Program-made: the position numbers and the translations under genes
Part shown: positions 55,433 to 63,742 of the stretch, one piece after another
Numbering within the stretch: the stretch's first letter is position 1
How the letters are laid out: the number at the start of each line of letters is the position of its first letter
NCBI GenBank assembly: GCA_028286915.1
Contig: JAQBQQ010000023.1
Span: 8,005-72,004 of the forward strand
Length of the DNA: 64,000 nucleotides
Source: Candidatus Peribacteria bacterium
GTDB taxonomy: Bacteria > Patescibacteriota > Gracilibacteria > Peribacterales > Peribacteraceae
Direction of reading: 5' to 3'
The notes under the pieces: model-generated
What the model was told of the DNA's origin: nothing
The model's input: the letters and a program-made list of their open reading frames with translations, nothing else
The model's database searches: none

Positions 55433-55504
55433 ATTCTAAGCACTAAGCACTAAATTCTAAACAGAGTTCTATTCGTTTAGAATTTAGGATTTAGAGTTTA
55501 GTGT
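55433..55504. repeat. 4 + 4 inverted CTAA/TTAG heptamer array
   Basis: attctaa gcactaa gcactaa attctaa - 16 nt - ttagaat ttaggat ttagagt ttagtgt, then a T-run. The inner 11 bp (aaattctaaac/gtttagaattt) are perfectly complementary. Confidence 0.85.
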
Positions 55505-55507
55505 TTT

Positions 55508-55939
55508 TTACGTATCGGTGCTTCCAAACCCGCCTCTCGTCTCCGCGCCATGGCCCTCCACTTCCTGCCATTCTGCTTTCTCGATCCTCACAAAAATACC
55601 CTGCGCAATGCGTTCGCCGCGTTCTACGGTTACCGGGGCATTGGTAATATTCTGTACCTGTACCAATAATTCATCTTTCTCGCCGTGGTAATCCTGGTCA
55701 ATAATGCCAATGCTGTGCGGACAAATGAGGCCTTTCTTCCGCGGCAGCGACGAGCGGGGAGTAATGATGAGCATGGTACCCGCCGGCACTTTCACAATTA
55801 CATTTCCCGGCACCAGACCTATTTTCCCCGGCTCAATAATGGTTGTTTCCCGCGTAATCAGATCAAATCCTACTGCACCGGACGTCTGGTACTCGGGGAG
55901 GGGAAGAGTGAGGTCTATACGCTGAATGGAGATCTGCAT
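55508..55939 (-). CDS. dut: dUTP diphosphatase
   Basis: ORF 55508..55975. GAVGFDL, PRSSL and IGIIDQDYHGE motifs of trimeric dUTPases. Confidence 0.85.
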   Translation of the reverse strand: MQISIQRIDLTLPLPEYQTSGAVGFDLITRETTIIEPGKIGLVPGNVIVKVPAGTMLIITPRSSLPRKKGLICPHSIGIIDQDYHGEKDELLVQVQNITNAPVTVERGERIAQGIFVRIEKAEWQEVEGHGAETRGGFGSTDT

Positions 55940-55979
55940 ACGGCGAGTATGGCAGAAGCCAGCGGGCCAGTACATTTGA

Positions 55980-58583
55980 TTACGCTGCCTGCCTTCTGTC
56001 CGTAGCAGCTTCTCCTGTCATGGTAGTTGGTGATGGCGTTTCTAATATCTGCTGGTTCGCAGCTTTTTCACGTATAACGGCATTTTCATATTGCTTAATG
56101 ACTCTCGGAGGCCAGTTTTCTCTAAAGTCTTTAAATGTGCGAAGTTGCTCGATAATCTGACGAGCCAGTGATGCGCCTGCACTTTTATTTTCCTTTACCG
56201 CAGCTTTAAAAATAATCAGCGGATCCACTATTTTTGCATTTACAAGTGCTGCCAATGCCGGAGTGAATCCGTCATTCATAACGATGCTTGCCATACGCTC
56301 AACGTTACTGTCACGTAAAATACCATCTATACGGTTATTCCATCGTTTTTGCGCTTGGACAATAAAGTTTTTATATTCGTTTTCCAATCCATTGCTTTTT
56401 AATTCTTTTGCCTGATTAATGAATTTTTGCATAAATGCCGTTACGTTTTTACCTCCTTCAAACTCACGGGTTGAGCCATATGCTGTAATGGCTGTTACGA
56501 CATTTCCCAGGATTTGCTCCGTATTTTCTATGAACATATCAGAATCCTCTTCTTTATGCGGATTGGATGTAAAATGGCTTTTAAAGTAACCATTTTCTTC
56601 CAAGTCCACGTAGAATTTGTAACGCTTATCATAAAGAGTAAATTTATGTCCTTTATGGTTTACGAACTGTCCTGTCAGAATTTTTGCCACCAGATCATCG
56701 CGTTCTTTTGTCTCCATGCGTTCAAACATATCCAGACCCATTTTTTCCTGAATATCTTTTTCTATAACATTAATGACTCTTCCGAGCGTGCCGGCATTGG
56801 CAACATTCCTATCATCATTCTTCAGCCATGCCTGAATAGGCTTTCTCTCTGCCTTAAAGTAGCCGAGTGTTGGTGTGGTCTTATAAATGCTTAGTCCTCC
56901 GAATGCTTCCATCATCAAGCGGTTTTTACTGAAGTAATAGCGGGCAGCTTCGTTTTCGCGTAAATATCGGAAAAACATAACAGCCAATCGCGTTATGACT
57001 ACATCTGAAAGTCCGCGTTCTATGGCGCGTTCCATAACACCTACCGCGCCCCAATAGTTTTTATGCGCAAACTGCTGATCAATGATATCCAGGAAATCTT
57101 TGAAATTATCTTTATTCTCGCGTTCCTTGGTACCTTTTTTATTAGCCTGCTCGCCGTTTTTATTCTGGCTGCGTAACTTGATAAAATAGTTACCTACCCG
57201 ATCTTTATCCCAGCTGGGTGGCACAATTTCGGCAAGGCGGTATTTGCGTAACAATTTATCATTTAGATCCATTTCATCAATGTCGTACAGAAAGCCGGCA
57301 TCTGCCGCATATTCCAATACTGCCATGGCAAGATTCGGATCTTTCATGACTCTATCCATTTCGCCACCCTCATCGAACAAATATTCAAAGCCCGGAGCGA
57401 AGTTCTTAAGATATTTTAAGTATCCACCCTTTGCTTCTTCGTTCTTTCCATCCAGTGTTGAATCTACAATCTGCGATACTTCTTTGCCGTACGGCAGGTT
57501 TTTTGCGGCCTTTCCAAGGTTATGAGCTAATTGGGCAGTCTTCAGCTGATCACGACGCTTTATTGTTTCCTTAAAAGCATCCGTAATACTTTTTCCTGCC
57601 GCCATAATCTGATTAAAACTAAAAAGCTGAACAGACATTCTGTTAACCTTGGCCGTTTTCTCGAGTTCCATGGCGTCTCTTACCTGTTGCGTCACTTTAC
57701 TAAGCTCATCAATTTGCCTGTCGGAACCGCTCATTTTTTTTGACACTTCTTTGTAGAAGTTTGTTATTTCAGAGGCAGCTGTCCCAGCCAATACTTCTTC
57801 GGCCTTGCTCCGCGCAACAAGCCGGCTGGAAGGATTGAGTCCCTGCCATGCATTATTGCCCAGCGTGGCATCACCTCCTTCATCCGGCGGCCGGCCGGCC
57901 GTAGAGGCGATATGCTCTGATATTCGGGCCAGGATTTCCTGCCGTGTCTCATATTCTTCAGGATTTTTACCCCAATTATCAGACAGAAAACGTGCGTAAT
58001 CAGTGAGTGATATTTCACCGCTTTCCCATTTTTGCAGTAATTCTAAATCATCGATTGCCTTATGAAGGTAGGATACATCAAGGCTCAGCTGTACAAAGTT
58101 TGCCTTCCAGTCCTGTTGAACTTTCGAGCTCATGGCGGGTAGCAAAAAATCCTGTGTTTCTGCCATGTCTTTTTGTAGTTTTAGACGTTTGTTCAAATGG
58201 CTTTCCATGCTGGAAATAACATCACTTGTCTGTATAGCATCGGATCGCACTCCAGTCTCTCTTTCGCCTAAGAGATTTTCTGAGGCCGTTCCGCCTTCAG
58301 ATAATGCGTCGGCAACGTGAGTTCTGGTCGTATTACGAGCTCCATTTACGGCTTCTTCTTCATCGGTTGCGGGTGTTTCTGCATCTGGCGGCGGAGCCGT
58401 CTGTGACTGAGGCGGTACAACCTGAGGGTTGGGATTCGTAGTTGATGATGTAACTGTGTCTGTTGGATCTATAGGTGCATGTCCCGGGGTGCCGGAAGGT
58501 GCATCTGCAAAAAAAACCTCTCTCTGCTCCCGTAGGGGAGAGTGGTTAAGGGCTTCGCGCGTAACGGGTGAAAACCGCAACAT
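55980..58583 (-). CDS. large hypothetical protein (867 aa), disordered P/T-rich N-terminus
   Basis: Long uninterrupted ORF that abuts the upstream 161-aa gene and ends 4 nt before dut. No recognisable catalytic motif, signal peptide or TM helix. Confidence 0.7.
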   Translation of the reverse strand: MLRFSPVTREALNHSPLREQREVFFADAPSGTPGHAPIDPTDTVTSSTTNPNPQVVPPQSQTAPPPDAETPATDEEEAVNGARNTTRTHVADALSEGGTASENLLGERETGVRSDAIQTSDVISSMESHLNKRLKLQKDMAETQDFLLPAMSSKVQQDWKANFVQLSLDVSYLHKAIDDLELLQKWESGEISLTDYARFLSDNWGKNPEEYETRQEILARISEHIASTAGRPPDEGGDATLGNNAWQGLNPSSRLVARSKAEEVLAGTAASEITNFYKEVSKKMSGSDRQIDELSKVTQQVRDAMELEKTAKVNRMSVQLFSFNQIMAAGKSITDAFKETIKRRDQLKTAQLAHNLGKAAKNLPYGKEVSQIVDSTLDGKNEEAKGGYLKYLKNFAPGFEYLFDEGGEMDRVMKDPNLAMAVLEYAADAGFLYDIDEMDLNDKLLRKYRLAEIVPPSWDKDRVGNYFIKLRSQNKNGEQANKKGTKERENKDNFKDFLDIIDQQFAHKNYWGAVGVMERAIERGLSDVVITRLAVMFFRYLRENEAARYYFSKNRLMMEAFGGLSIYKTTPTLGYFKAERKPIQAWLKNDDRNVANAGTLGRVINVIEKDIQEKMGLDMFERMETKERDDLVAKILTGQFVNHKGHKFTLYDKRYKFYVDLEENGYFKSHFTSNPHKEEDSDMFIENTEQILGNVVTAITAYGSTREFEGGKNVTAFMQKFINQAKELKSNGLENEYKNFIVQAQKRWNNRIDGILRDSNVERMASIVMNDGFTPALAALVNAKIVDPLIIFKAAVKENKSAGASLARQIIEQLRTFKDFRENWPPRVIKQYENAVIREKAANQQILETPSPTTMTGEAATDRRQAA

Positions 58584-59069
58584 CTATAGTTTACAAATGC
58601 GGATAAAAGCGTCAAGTAGTTTCTCCTTCATATTTGACCGCTCGGGGAGCAGCTCGGAGAGTGCCTGGCGTATAAGCTGCGGGTCTACATCACCGGTTTG
58701 AATAACAGCTTCCCGGTTCCAGCCTTTTTTGCGAAGAATATGCAGCTCCATGTAATCGGGAGTCGCAATCAGCCAGAAATCCTGGCAGTCATTCCAGGCA
58801 GTGAATACATCGTTCAGCTGGAAGCCATAGTCCGTAACAGTAATTTCGCCCATAACTGCCGGCGCATTGCGCGTAAGGTAATACACGGCGCCAAGCAGCA
58901 GTATGACCAGTGCAAAACTCCAGTTACCGCTAAGAATGCCGTAGGCGGCGCCCGCCAACACAATAACAGCACCGGTTAAATACCATTTGTGGCTCCGTTC
59001 GTGTTCGGAGACTCGTGGCGCGCGCCACGAGAAACGGAGGGACGGTGCGGGAGTTGTGTTTGTTTCCAA
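58584..59069 (-). CDS. hypothetical membrane protein with soluble C-terminal domain
   Basis: 161 aa. Two TM helices (YLTGAVIVLAGAAYGIL, FALVILLLGAVYYL) followed by a ~90-aa domain. Its stop abuts the start of the 867-aa gene. Confidence 0.6.
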   Translation of the reverse strand: METNTTPAPSLRFSWRAPRVSEHERSHKWYLTGAVIVLAGAAYGILSGNWSFALVILLLGAVYYLTRNAPAVMGEITVTDYGFQLNDVFTAWNDCQDFWLIATPDYMELHILRKKGWNREAVIQTGDVDPQLIRQALSELLPERSNMKEKLLDAFIRICKL

Positions 59070-59268
59070 ATCATTAGATTATAGCAGAAAATGATGATTT
59101 TTATAAGGTCGTGGGAGTTGCAAATATATAAAAATGTTATTTTATATATTTAATAAACTGGGGATCGCTTTCAAAACTGTCTGATGGCCTGCCATCCGTA
59201 GCTCTATCCTGTTAAAAAATAATCACATAACACAAAAATACATGTGAAATAACCCAAAGAGCGAAGAA

Positions 59269-59376
59269 TGGTGGGTAATACTGGATTCGAACCAGTGGCC
59301 TCCATCCGCCGCGGCGGATCAATGTGGCGCTCTAAACCCAAAGGGTCCCCTTCGGGGCAAACTAAGCTAATTACCC
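59269..59376 (-). ncRNA. tRNA-Val-derived tRNA-like element A (no anticodon loop), CCA encoded
   Basis: Acceptor stem, T arm, A73 and CCA are identical to tRNA-Val. The D loop is enlarged by ~22 nt. The anticodon arm is replaced by the 16-nt palindrome atccgccgcggcggat (59304-59319). It could equally be a pseudogene. Confidence 0.5.
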
Positions 59377-59415
59377 GGCGATGTAAATAATTGATAATTC
59401 CGATCTTATCTTAAT

Positions 59416-59480
59416 GGTAATACTGGATTCGAACCAGTGATCAGCCGTGGCTGACGGATCAATGTGGCGCTTTCTGAGCT
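59416..59480 (-). pseudogene. tRNA-like element B (3' part only), fused to the end of the GIY-YIG ORF
   Basis: Shares ggtaatactggattcgaaccagtg and atcaatgtggcgc with the other copies. Carries the palindrome tcagccgtggctga (59441-59454). Its 5' part is replaced by the ORF. Confidence 0.55.
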
Positions 59481-59713
59481 GTATTTCGAATAAATTCACG
59501 ACCTGCACCTGTCTTAAAGAATTTTTCTCGTATCATTGCTTCTCCTCGAGTTGAATAAACTTCTTTGTAGATTAATTTCCATGGTCCTCTAGTTTTTGTA
59601 TACGTTGATTTATTGTCCGGGCTATTGTGTTCTTCAATTCGTTTCTTTAAATCCTGTGTCTGACCTTTATATAAAACACCTTCGTTATTTTGAAGGATAT
59701 AGACGTAGTACAT
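59459..59713 (-). CDS. GIY-YIG nuclease-domain protein (YhbQ/UPF0213-like)
   Basis: ORF 59459..59770 with the start at MYYVYILQNNEGVLYKGQTQDLKKRIEEHN (GIY-YIG core). The start lies 12 nt after the tRNA-Val CCA. The last 6 codons overlap element B. Confidence 0.75.
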   Translation of the reverse strand: MYYVYILQNNEGVLYKGQTQDLKKRIEEHNSPDNKSTYTKTRGPWKLIYKEVYSTRGEAMIREKFFKTGAGREFIRNTAQKAPH

Positions 59714-59725
59714 GTTATAAAAAGA

Positions 59726-59802
59726 TGGTGGGTAATACTGGATTCGAACCAGTGACCTCCACAATGTCAATGTGGCGCTCTAACCAACTGAGCTAATTAC
59801 CC
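59726..59802 (-). tRNA. tRNA-Val (anticodon GAC), CCA encoded
   Basis: Cloverleaf gggtaat/attaccc, D arm gctc-agttggtta-gagc, anticodon arm ccaca-ttGACat-tgtgg, T arm actgg-ttcgaat-ccagt. Confidence 0.9.
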
Positions 59803-59840
59803 GGAGATGTAAATAATTGATAATTCCGATCTTATCCTAA

Positions 59841-59929
59841 TGGTAATACTGGATTCGAACCAGTGATCAGCCGCGGCTGACGGATCAATGTGGCGCTTTC
59901 CTCTTCGGGGCAAACTGAGCTAATTACCC
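59841..59929 (-). ncRNA. tRNA-like element D (type 2, no CCA, no anticodon loop)
   Basis: 5' acceptor and D-stem block and T arm match tRNA-Val. Carries the D-loop insert cctcttcgggg and the palindrome tcagccgcggctga (59867-59880). It could equally be a pseudogene. Confidence 0.45.
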
Positions 59930-60035
59930 GATTATAGTATAGGACTGATGCACAACTTCAGTCGGCCTAGACTAGCAAGTGTTGCAATCTGTCACAAGCC
60001 AGCTTTGTTCATTTGTTAGGCATGAGCATAGGCAG

Positions 60036-60068
60036 GAAAAAGTCGACCTTCCCACTGGGGGAAGGTCG
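60036..60068 (-). terminator. rho-independent terminator
   Basis: 10-bp stem cgaccttccc/gggaaggtcg, 5-nt loop. An A-run on the plus strand gives a T-run after the hairpin on the minus strand. Confidence 0.8.
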
Positions 60069-60080
60069 GGAGGATGCAGT

Positions 60081-60422
60081 TTAGTTGGCGAAGTAGTACT
60101 CCACCCACACTGCATCGGGCGTGTCTGATGGCGCCAGGGTGCCGTCCGTTTTTTTGCCCCGGACTTCCCATAGAAAGATGTTGCCTACTCGCTGGAACGG
60201 GTGCGAGTTGCCGTCCCATCTTTTCATTTCGGGAGGGCGAGAGCATTTGAGTGGATGCAGGATCCATGCAAATGTCGTCAGCCTTGCAGCTGACAGGAGT
60301 GCGTCCTCGGCTTCCTTGTTCAGCAGGCCAAGCCGGACGAGCTTGGCGATTTGTTCATGTGGTGCAAGCCTCTGGGAACCCTGGATGTTCACCCGCACCG
60401 CATCGCCGGTTAGGTCGGACAT
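60081..60422 (-). CDS. hypothetical protein, high-GC3 single-gene cassette
   Basis: 113 aa. AGGAG lies 9 nt upstream of the ATG. Codon use is visibly G/C-rich. It has its own terminator. No family recognised. Confidence 0.55.
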   Translation of the reverse strand: MSDLTGDAVRVNIQGSQRLAPHEQIAKLVRLGLLNKEAEDALLSAARLTTFAWILHPLKCSRPPEMKRWDGNSHPFQRVGNIFLWEVRGKKTDGTLAPSDTPDAVWVEYYFAN

Positions 60423-60598
60423 GGTCGTGTGCTCCTGGCAGACAGACTTCGGAGATGCAAAAGATCCAACACCTGAATTATATACATTTTATAACTATGT
60501 TGTCTAATATTTTATTGTGTGTTTTTGGCATCTAAAAGCAGAAAAATTTATGCGTTAACAGGATAATGCTGTCAAAAATCTGGAATGTTTCTGCTCGT

Positions 60599-61771
60599 CT
60601 ATAAAGCCTGGGAAGCAGGCTTGTCGACGGGAACCAGGGCATGGATTCTTTCTTTTGTTGCCTCTATTTGTTCCACGGTATCCATCGGCGTTATGCTCAC
60701 GTTCATAGTCCGCGATTCACCGGCAGCCAGAACGGGTACCAATCCTTCTTTTCTTTGCTTGCTTCTGTTTGATGCGAAGCTTGTACCCGGCTCCAGCCCG
60801 GTTACGTAGCCGTCCTCCGGTGCATCAGTATTTTTCCAGAGCGTAAAGCAGGGGAGTTCGTTAATGGAAAAATCCATGCTTACAGCTTGTTTGGCATGTT
60901 CATTTGCGAGCATTACTGCTGTTTTTCCATTGGCATCTGCATGAAGATGAATATTATACACTTGTTCGATAAAGCCGGGAGTAGGCGGTTCAAAGCCGGT
61001 CATTGTGTGCATTCCTTCGGCTGCGCGCGAGTTGAAGGGATCGGCCTTTTTAATGGCGGCAATAAATTTTGTATTTTCTGAAAGCAGGGGATCGCCAAAA
61101 TTACAGTGGTATAGCATCTGCATTTCCTGCGGCTGGGATGATTTGTTGGTGACGGTATCCTGAATAGTAAACGTATGGGTTCCCAGTTCGGTATGAATTT
61201 CTGCCTGCAGATCGAGTTTTGGGCCGTGAAATACTCGTTCTTCCACGAGTCCGGCAATTACCAGAAAAATCTGACCGCGCGTGTCGCGCTCAATGCGGAG
61301 CATGGTATTTTTCCCGGGGATGTTTGCCACCTTTCCATGAAGAGTGAGCTGCATCTGTTCCTTTTTCCCGGTGTTATCAATATATTCATCCATTCCCGGG
61401 TGGCCGCTCCACTCCAGCCCGCAGCGGCACATCCATTCGGAAAAACCTTCCAGCCAGCCAAGACCGCCACGGCTTTCCAGGTTTATATATGCCGGGTTCA
61501 CCACCTCTTTAATGGGTGATTTCCATGCCAGTTCCACACCATTATAACTGGCTGAGATGATTCCGAAGCCGCGGGTAGGGGACACGGTTATACGTAACGG
61601 CCCGTTTATAAGATCAAAACAAATGACGCCTTCCTGCCTGCCGCCGCATAGCGTCCGTTTGGTAACAGACCAGTTGGCATTATCCGGCAGAACAGATCTG
61701 CCTTCCAGTGTGTGATCTTTTTTTAGGAAATCACCGTCTTCCAGAGAAATGGTATGAAGTACTTCACGCAT
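60599..61771 (-). CDS. aldose 1-epimerase-like (DUF4432-type) protein
   Basis: ORF 60599..61789. Galactose-mutarotase-like beta-sandwich pattern (LTLHGKV..., YHCNFG). Start at MREVLH gives an 8-nt overlap with the kinase gene. Confidence 0.6.
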   Translation of the reverse strand: MREVLHTISLEDGDFLKKDHTLEGRSVLPDNANWSVTKRTLCGGRQEGVICFDLINGPLRITVSPTRGFGIISASYNGVELAWKSPIKEVVNPAYINLESRGGLGWLEGFSEWMCRCGLEWSGHPGMDEYIDNTGKKEQMQLTLHGKVANIPGKNTMLRIERDTRGQIFLVIAGLVEERVFHGPKLDLQAEIHTELGTHTFTIQDTVTNKSSQPQEMQMLYHCNFGDPLLSENTKFIAAIKKADPFNSRAAEGMHTMTGFEPPTPGFIEQVYNIHLHADANGKTAVMLANEHAKQAVSMDFSINELPCFTLWKNTDAPEDGYVTGLEPGTSFASNRSKQRKEGLVPVLAAGESRTMNVSITPMDTVEQIEATKERIHALVPVDKPASQAL

Positions 61772-62678
61772 GGGCCAGGGCGGGAACAATGCAGGATTCA
61801 GGCTTCGTGTAGGTGGCGGGAGACGGCATGGCGCCGGATTGTGTGGCTACCCATGCGCCACGCCGGCTGGCTTCTTCCGCAATTTCTTCCAGCGGGCTGC
61901 CTGCCAGATAATAATGCACAAAGGCCGCGCAAAAAGCGTCACCGGCGCCGACCGTATCGGCCACTTCCACGGCGTAGCCCTGGTGTTCATACACGCGATT
62001 GTGAGTGACAAATAAGCTGCCTTCCTCGCCTTTGGTGGTACAGACGGTTTCTACCGGGTACTTTTCCAGAATTGCACGGGCAAACCCTACTTCGGAATTG
62101 GTGCCAAGTGACAGTAATTGTGCAATAACAGGTAATTCCTGATGGTTAAGTTTAAGAAGATTGCAGGAGTGAAGCAGGCGGTCCAGCAGTTCCGCGCTGT
62201 AGAATGTTCCGCGCAGATTCACATCAAATACTTTTAATGCGTTTGCCGGCAGGAGCGATAAAAACTCTCCCACTGCTTTGGAAGAAACGCTGTTGCGTTG
62301 GGCCAGTGTGCCAAAGCATATGGCATCGGTCTTGGCGGCCAGTATTTTCCACTGCTCCGTGCATTCCATATAATCCCAGGCTACATCGCTGGCGAATTCA
62401 TACTGTGCCTGTTTTTTTTCATCCAATACAATACTGACTGAGCCAGTAGGGTGTACGGCATCCCGCTGTATGTAGCCGCTGTCCAAGCCGTGATCAGCGA
62501 TAATCTGCAATGCCTCGTCGCCGAGTGCATCGGTGCCTATTCGGCTGGCGACTACTGCGTTATTTCCCAGCAGCCCGCAGTGGTAGGCAAAGTTTGCCGG
62601 TGCGCCGCCCATTTTTTTTCCTTCCGGAAGCAGGTCCCAGAGTAATTCACCAAGACCGACTATAGTATGTGTGCTCAT
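61764..62678 (-). CDS. PfkB-family carbohydrate kinase
   Basis: 304 aa. N-terminal GELLWD...GGAPANFA and the C-terminal DTVGAGDAF motif. Confidence 0.9.
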   Translation of the reverse strand: MSTHTIVGLGELLWDLLPEGKKMGGAPANFAYHCGLLGNNAVVASRIGTDALGDEALQIIADHGLDSGYIQRDAVHPTGSVSIVLDEKKQAQYEFASDVAWDYMECTEQWKILAAKTDAICFGTLAQRNSVSSKAVGEFLSLLPANALKVFDVNLRGTFYSAELLDRLLHSCNLLKLNHQELPVIAQLLSLGTNSEVGFARAILEKYPVETVCTTKGEEGSLFVTHNRVYEHQGYAVEVADTVGAGDAFCAAFVHYYLAGSPLEEIAEEASRRGAWVATQSGAMPSPATYTKPESCIVPALAHA

Positions 62679-63742
62679 GGGCGATAAGAAGGAGAAAGAA
62701 TATCATGGAAAAGTTCGTGTTGTCTTACGCGGTTCATCATATTCAAGACAGGCGCGGCATTGCCTTCGCCTATCGTTGCCACATCTGAAAGATTGATGAT
62801 GGCATTCGGTGTGTGCTTGTTGACGACCACTATCTTCAGAAGATCTTCAAGTTCAAAGGCACTCATATCGTTACTGCTGTCGCCGGCGAACCCGGATGTG
62901 TGAAGTTGCAGTTCACCTCTTCTGGCGAGCTCCAGAATGGCCGGACCTTTGCCCATGCTTCCATGATTGCGGGCCCACTCAAAAATTCCAGTCGCACTGC
63001 TGTTGAGCGGCCATGTTTCGTCGGCCACTCTTTCGGTGGCATGCGGTTTCAGGAATTCCATTATTGTTTCATGAAGCTTGTGATCCGTTATTCTTTTGCC
63101 GGTTCCAGGGATTTCTGCATCGTAAGACAGAATTGTTTTATGGCCACCACCACTCGTGGGATTAAATTCCACGTTAAACTTTTTTGCAGCTTCATCAAAG
63201 ATCGATTTCATGGCAGTGCGTATGTAGGCTACCTTTTCTTCCAATTCAGGTCCGCCAAGGAAAAATTCGGGTTCTTCTATTCCATTTGACCGATACGCGC
63301 CTTGCTCGAAAATCCATTCTTTGAGCCCCATGCCCTGCGGATGAGATCTGTGCAGTGCATCAATTTGCGCTTTATGACGACCTGTTACCGCCCGGACACT
63401 CAGATTTTTATCATATAATTCCAGTAAATAATGCAGCGCGCGCGGATCTAAGTGCTCTGTTCCAATACCTGTCAGTGTTCCATCGCAATCGGATGCAAGG
63501 CTTTCCATGTTCGTCATTCTGTATATAGCTTCTTCGAAAGTTCCTCGTAAGAGATAGACCCGGTTTCGTACATCAGGATTTTCATCGATCAATCTTTCTT
63601 TCAGAAATGCCGCCTGCTGTTGAGGCTGTAAATGACGCAGATCTTCGGTTTCATACTCATAATTTGCATTCATATCCGGATGTAATGATTTAAGGGCAGA
63701 ATTGGTTCGCATATGGAGGACAGAAAATAATGGAACATTCAT
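62675..63742 (-). CDS. HAD-IIB-type sugar-phosphate phosphatase-like protein
   Basis: 355 aa. DCDGTLTG (DxDxT) and the C-terminal GDSSNDMSAFE motif. A 4-nt overlap with the kinase gene suggests an operon. Confidence 0.75.
   Translation of the reverse strand: MNVPLFSVLHMRTNSALKSLHPDMNANYEYETEDLRHLQPQQQAAFLKERLIDENPDVRNRVYLLRGTFEEAIYRMTNMESLASDCDGTLTGIGTEHLDPRALHYLLELYDKNLSVRAVTGRHKAQIDALHRSHPQGMGLKEWIFEQGAYRSNGIEEPEFFLGGPELEEKVAYIRTAMKSIFDEAAKKFNVEFNPTSGGGHKTILSYDAEIPGTGKRITDHKLHETIMEFLKPHATERVADETWPLNSSATGIFEWARNHGSMGKGPAILELARRGELQLHTSGFAGDSSNDMSAFELEDLLKIVVVNKHTPNAIINLSDVATIGEGNAAPVLNMMNRVRQHELFHDILSPSYRP

Noticed and set aside
59269-59929. Possible CRISPR array, given the repeated ~40-100 nt units
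   Set aside because: The repeats are tRNA-derived, of unequal length (65-108 nt), include a full tRNA gene and an ORF, and have no regular repeat-spacer periodicity. No cas genes are in the window.
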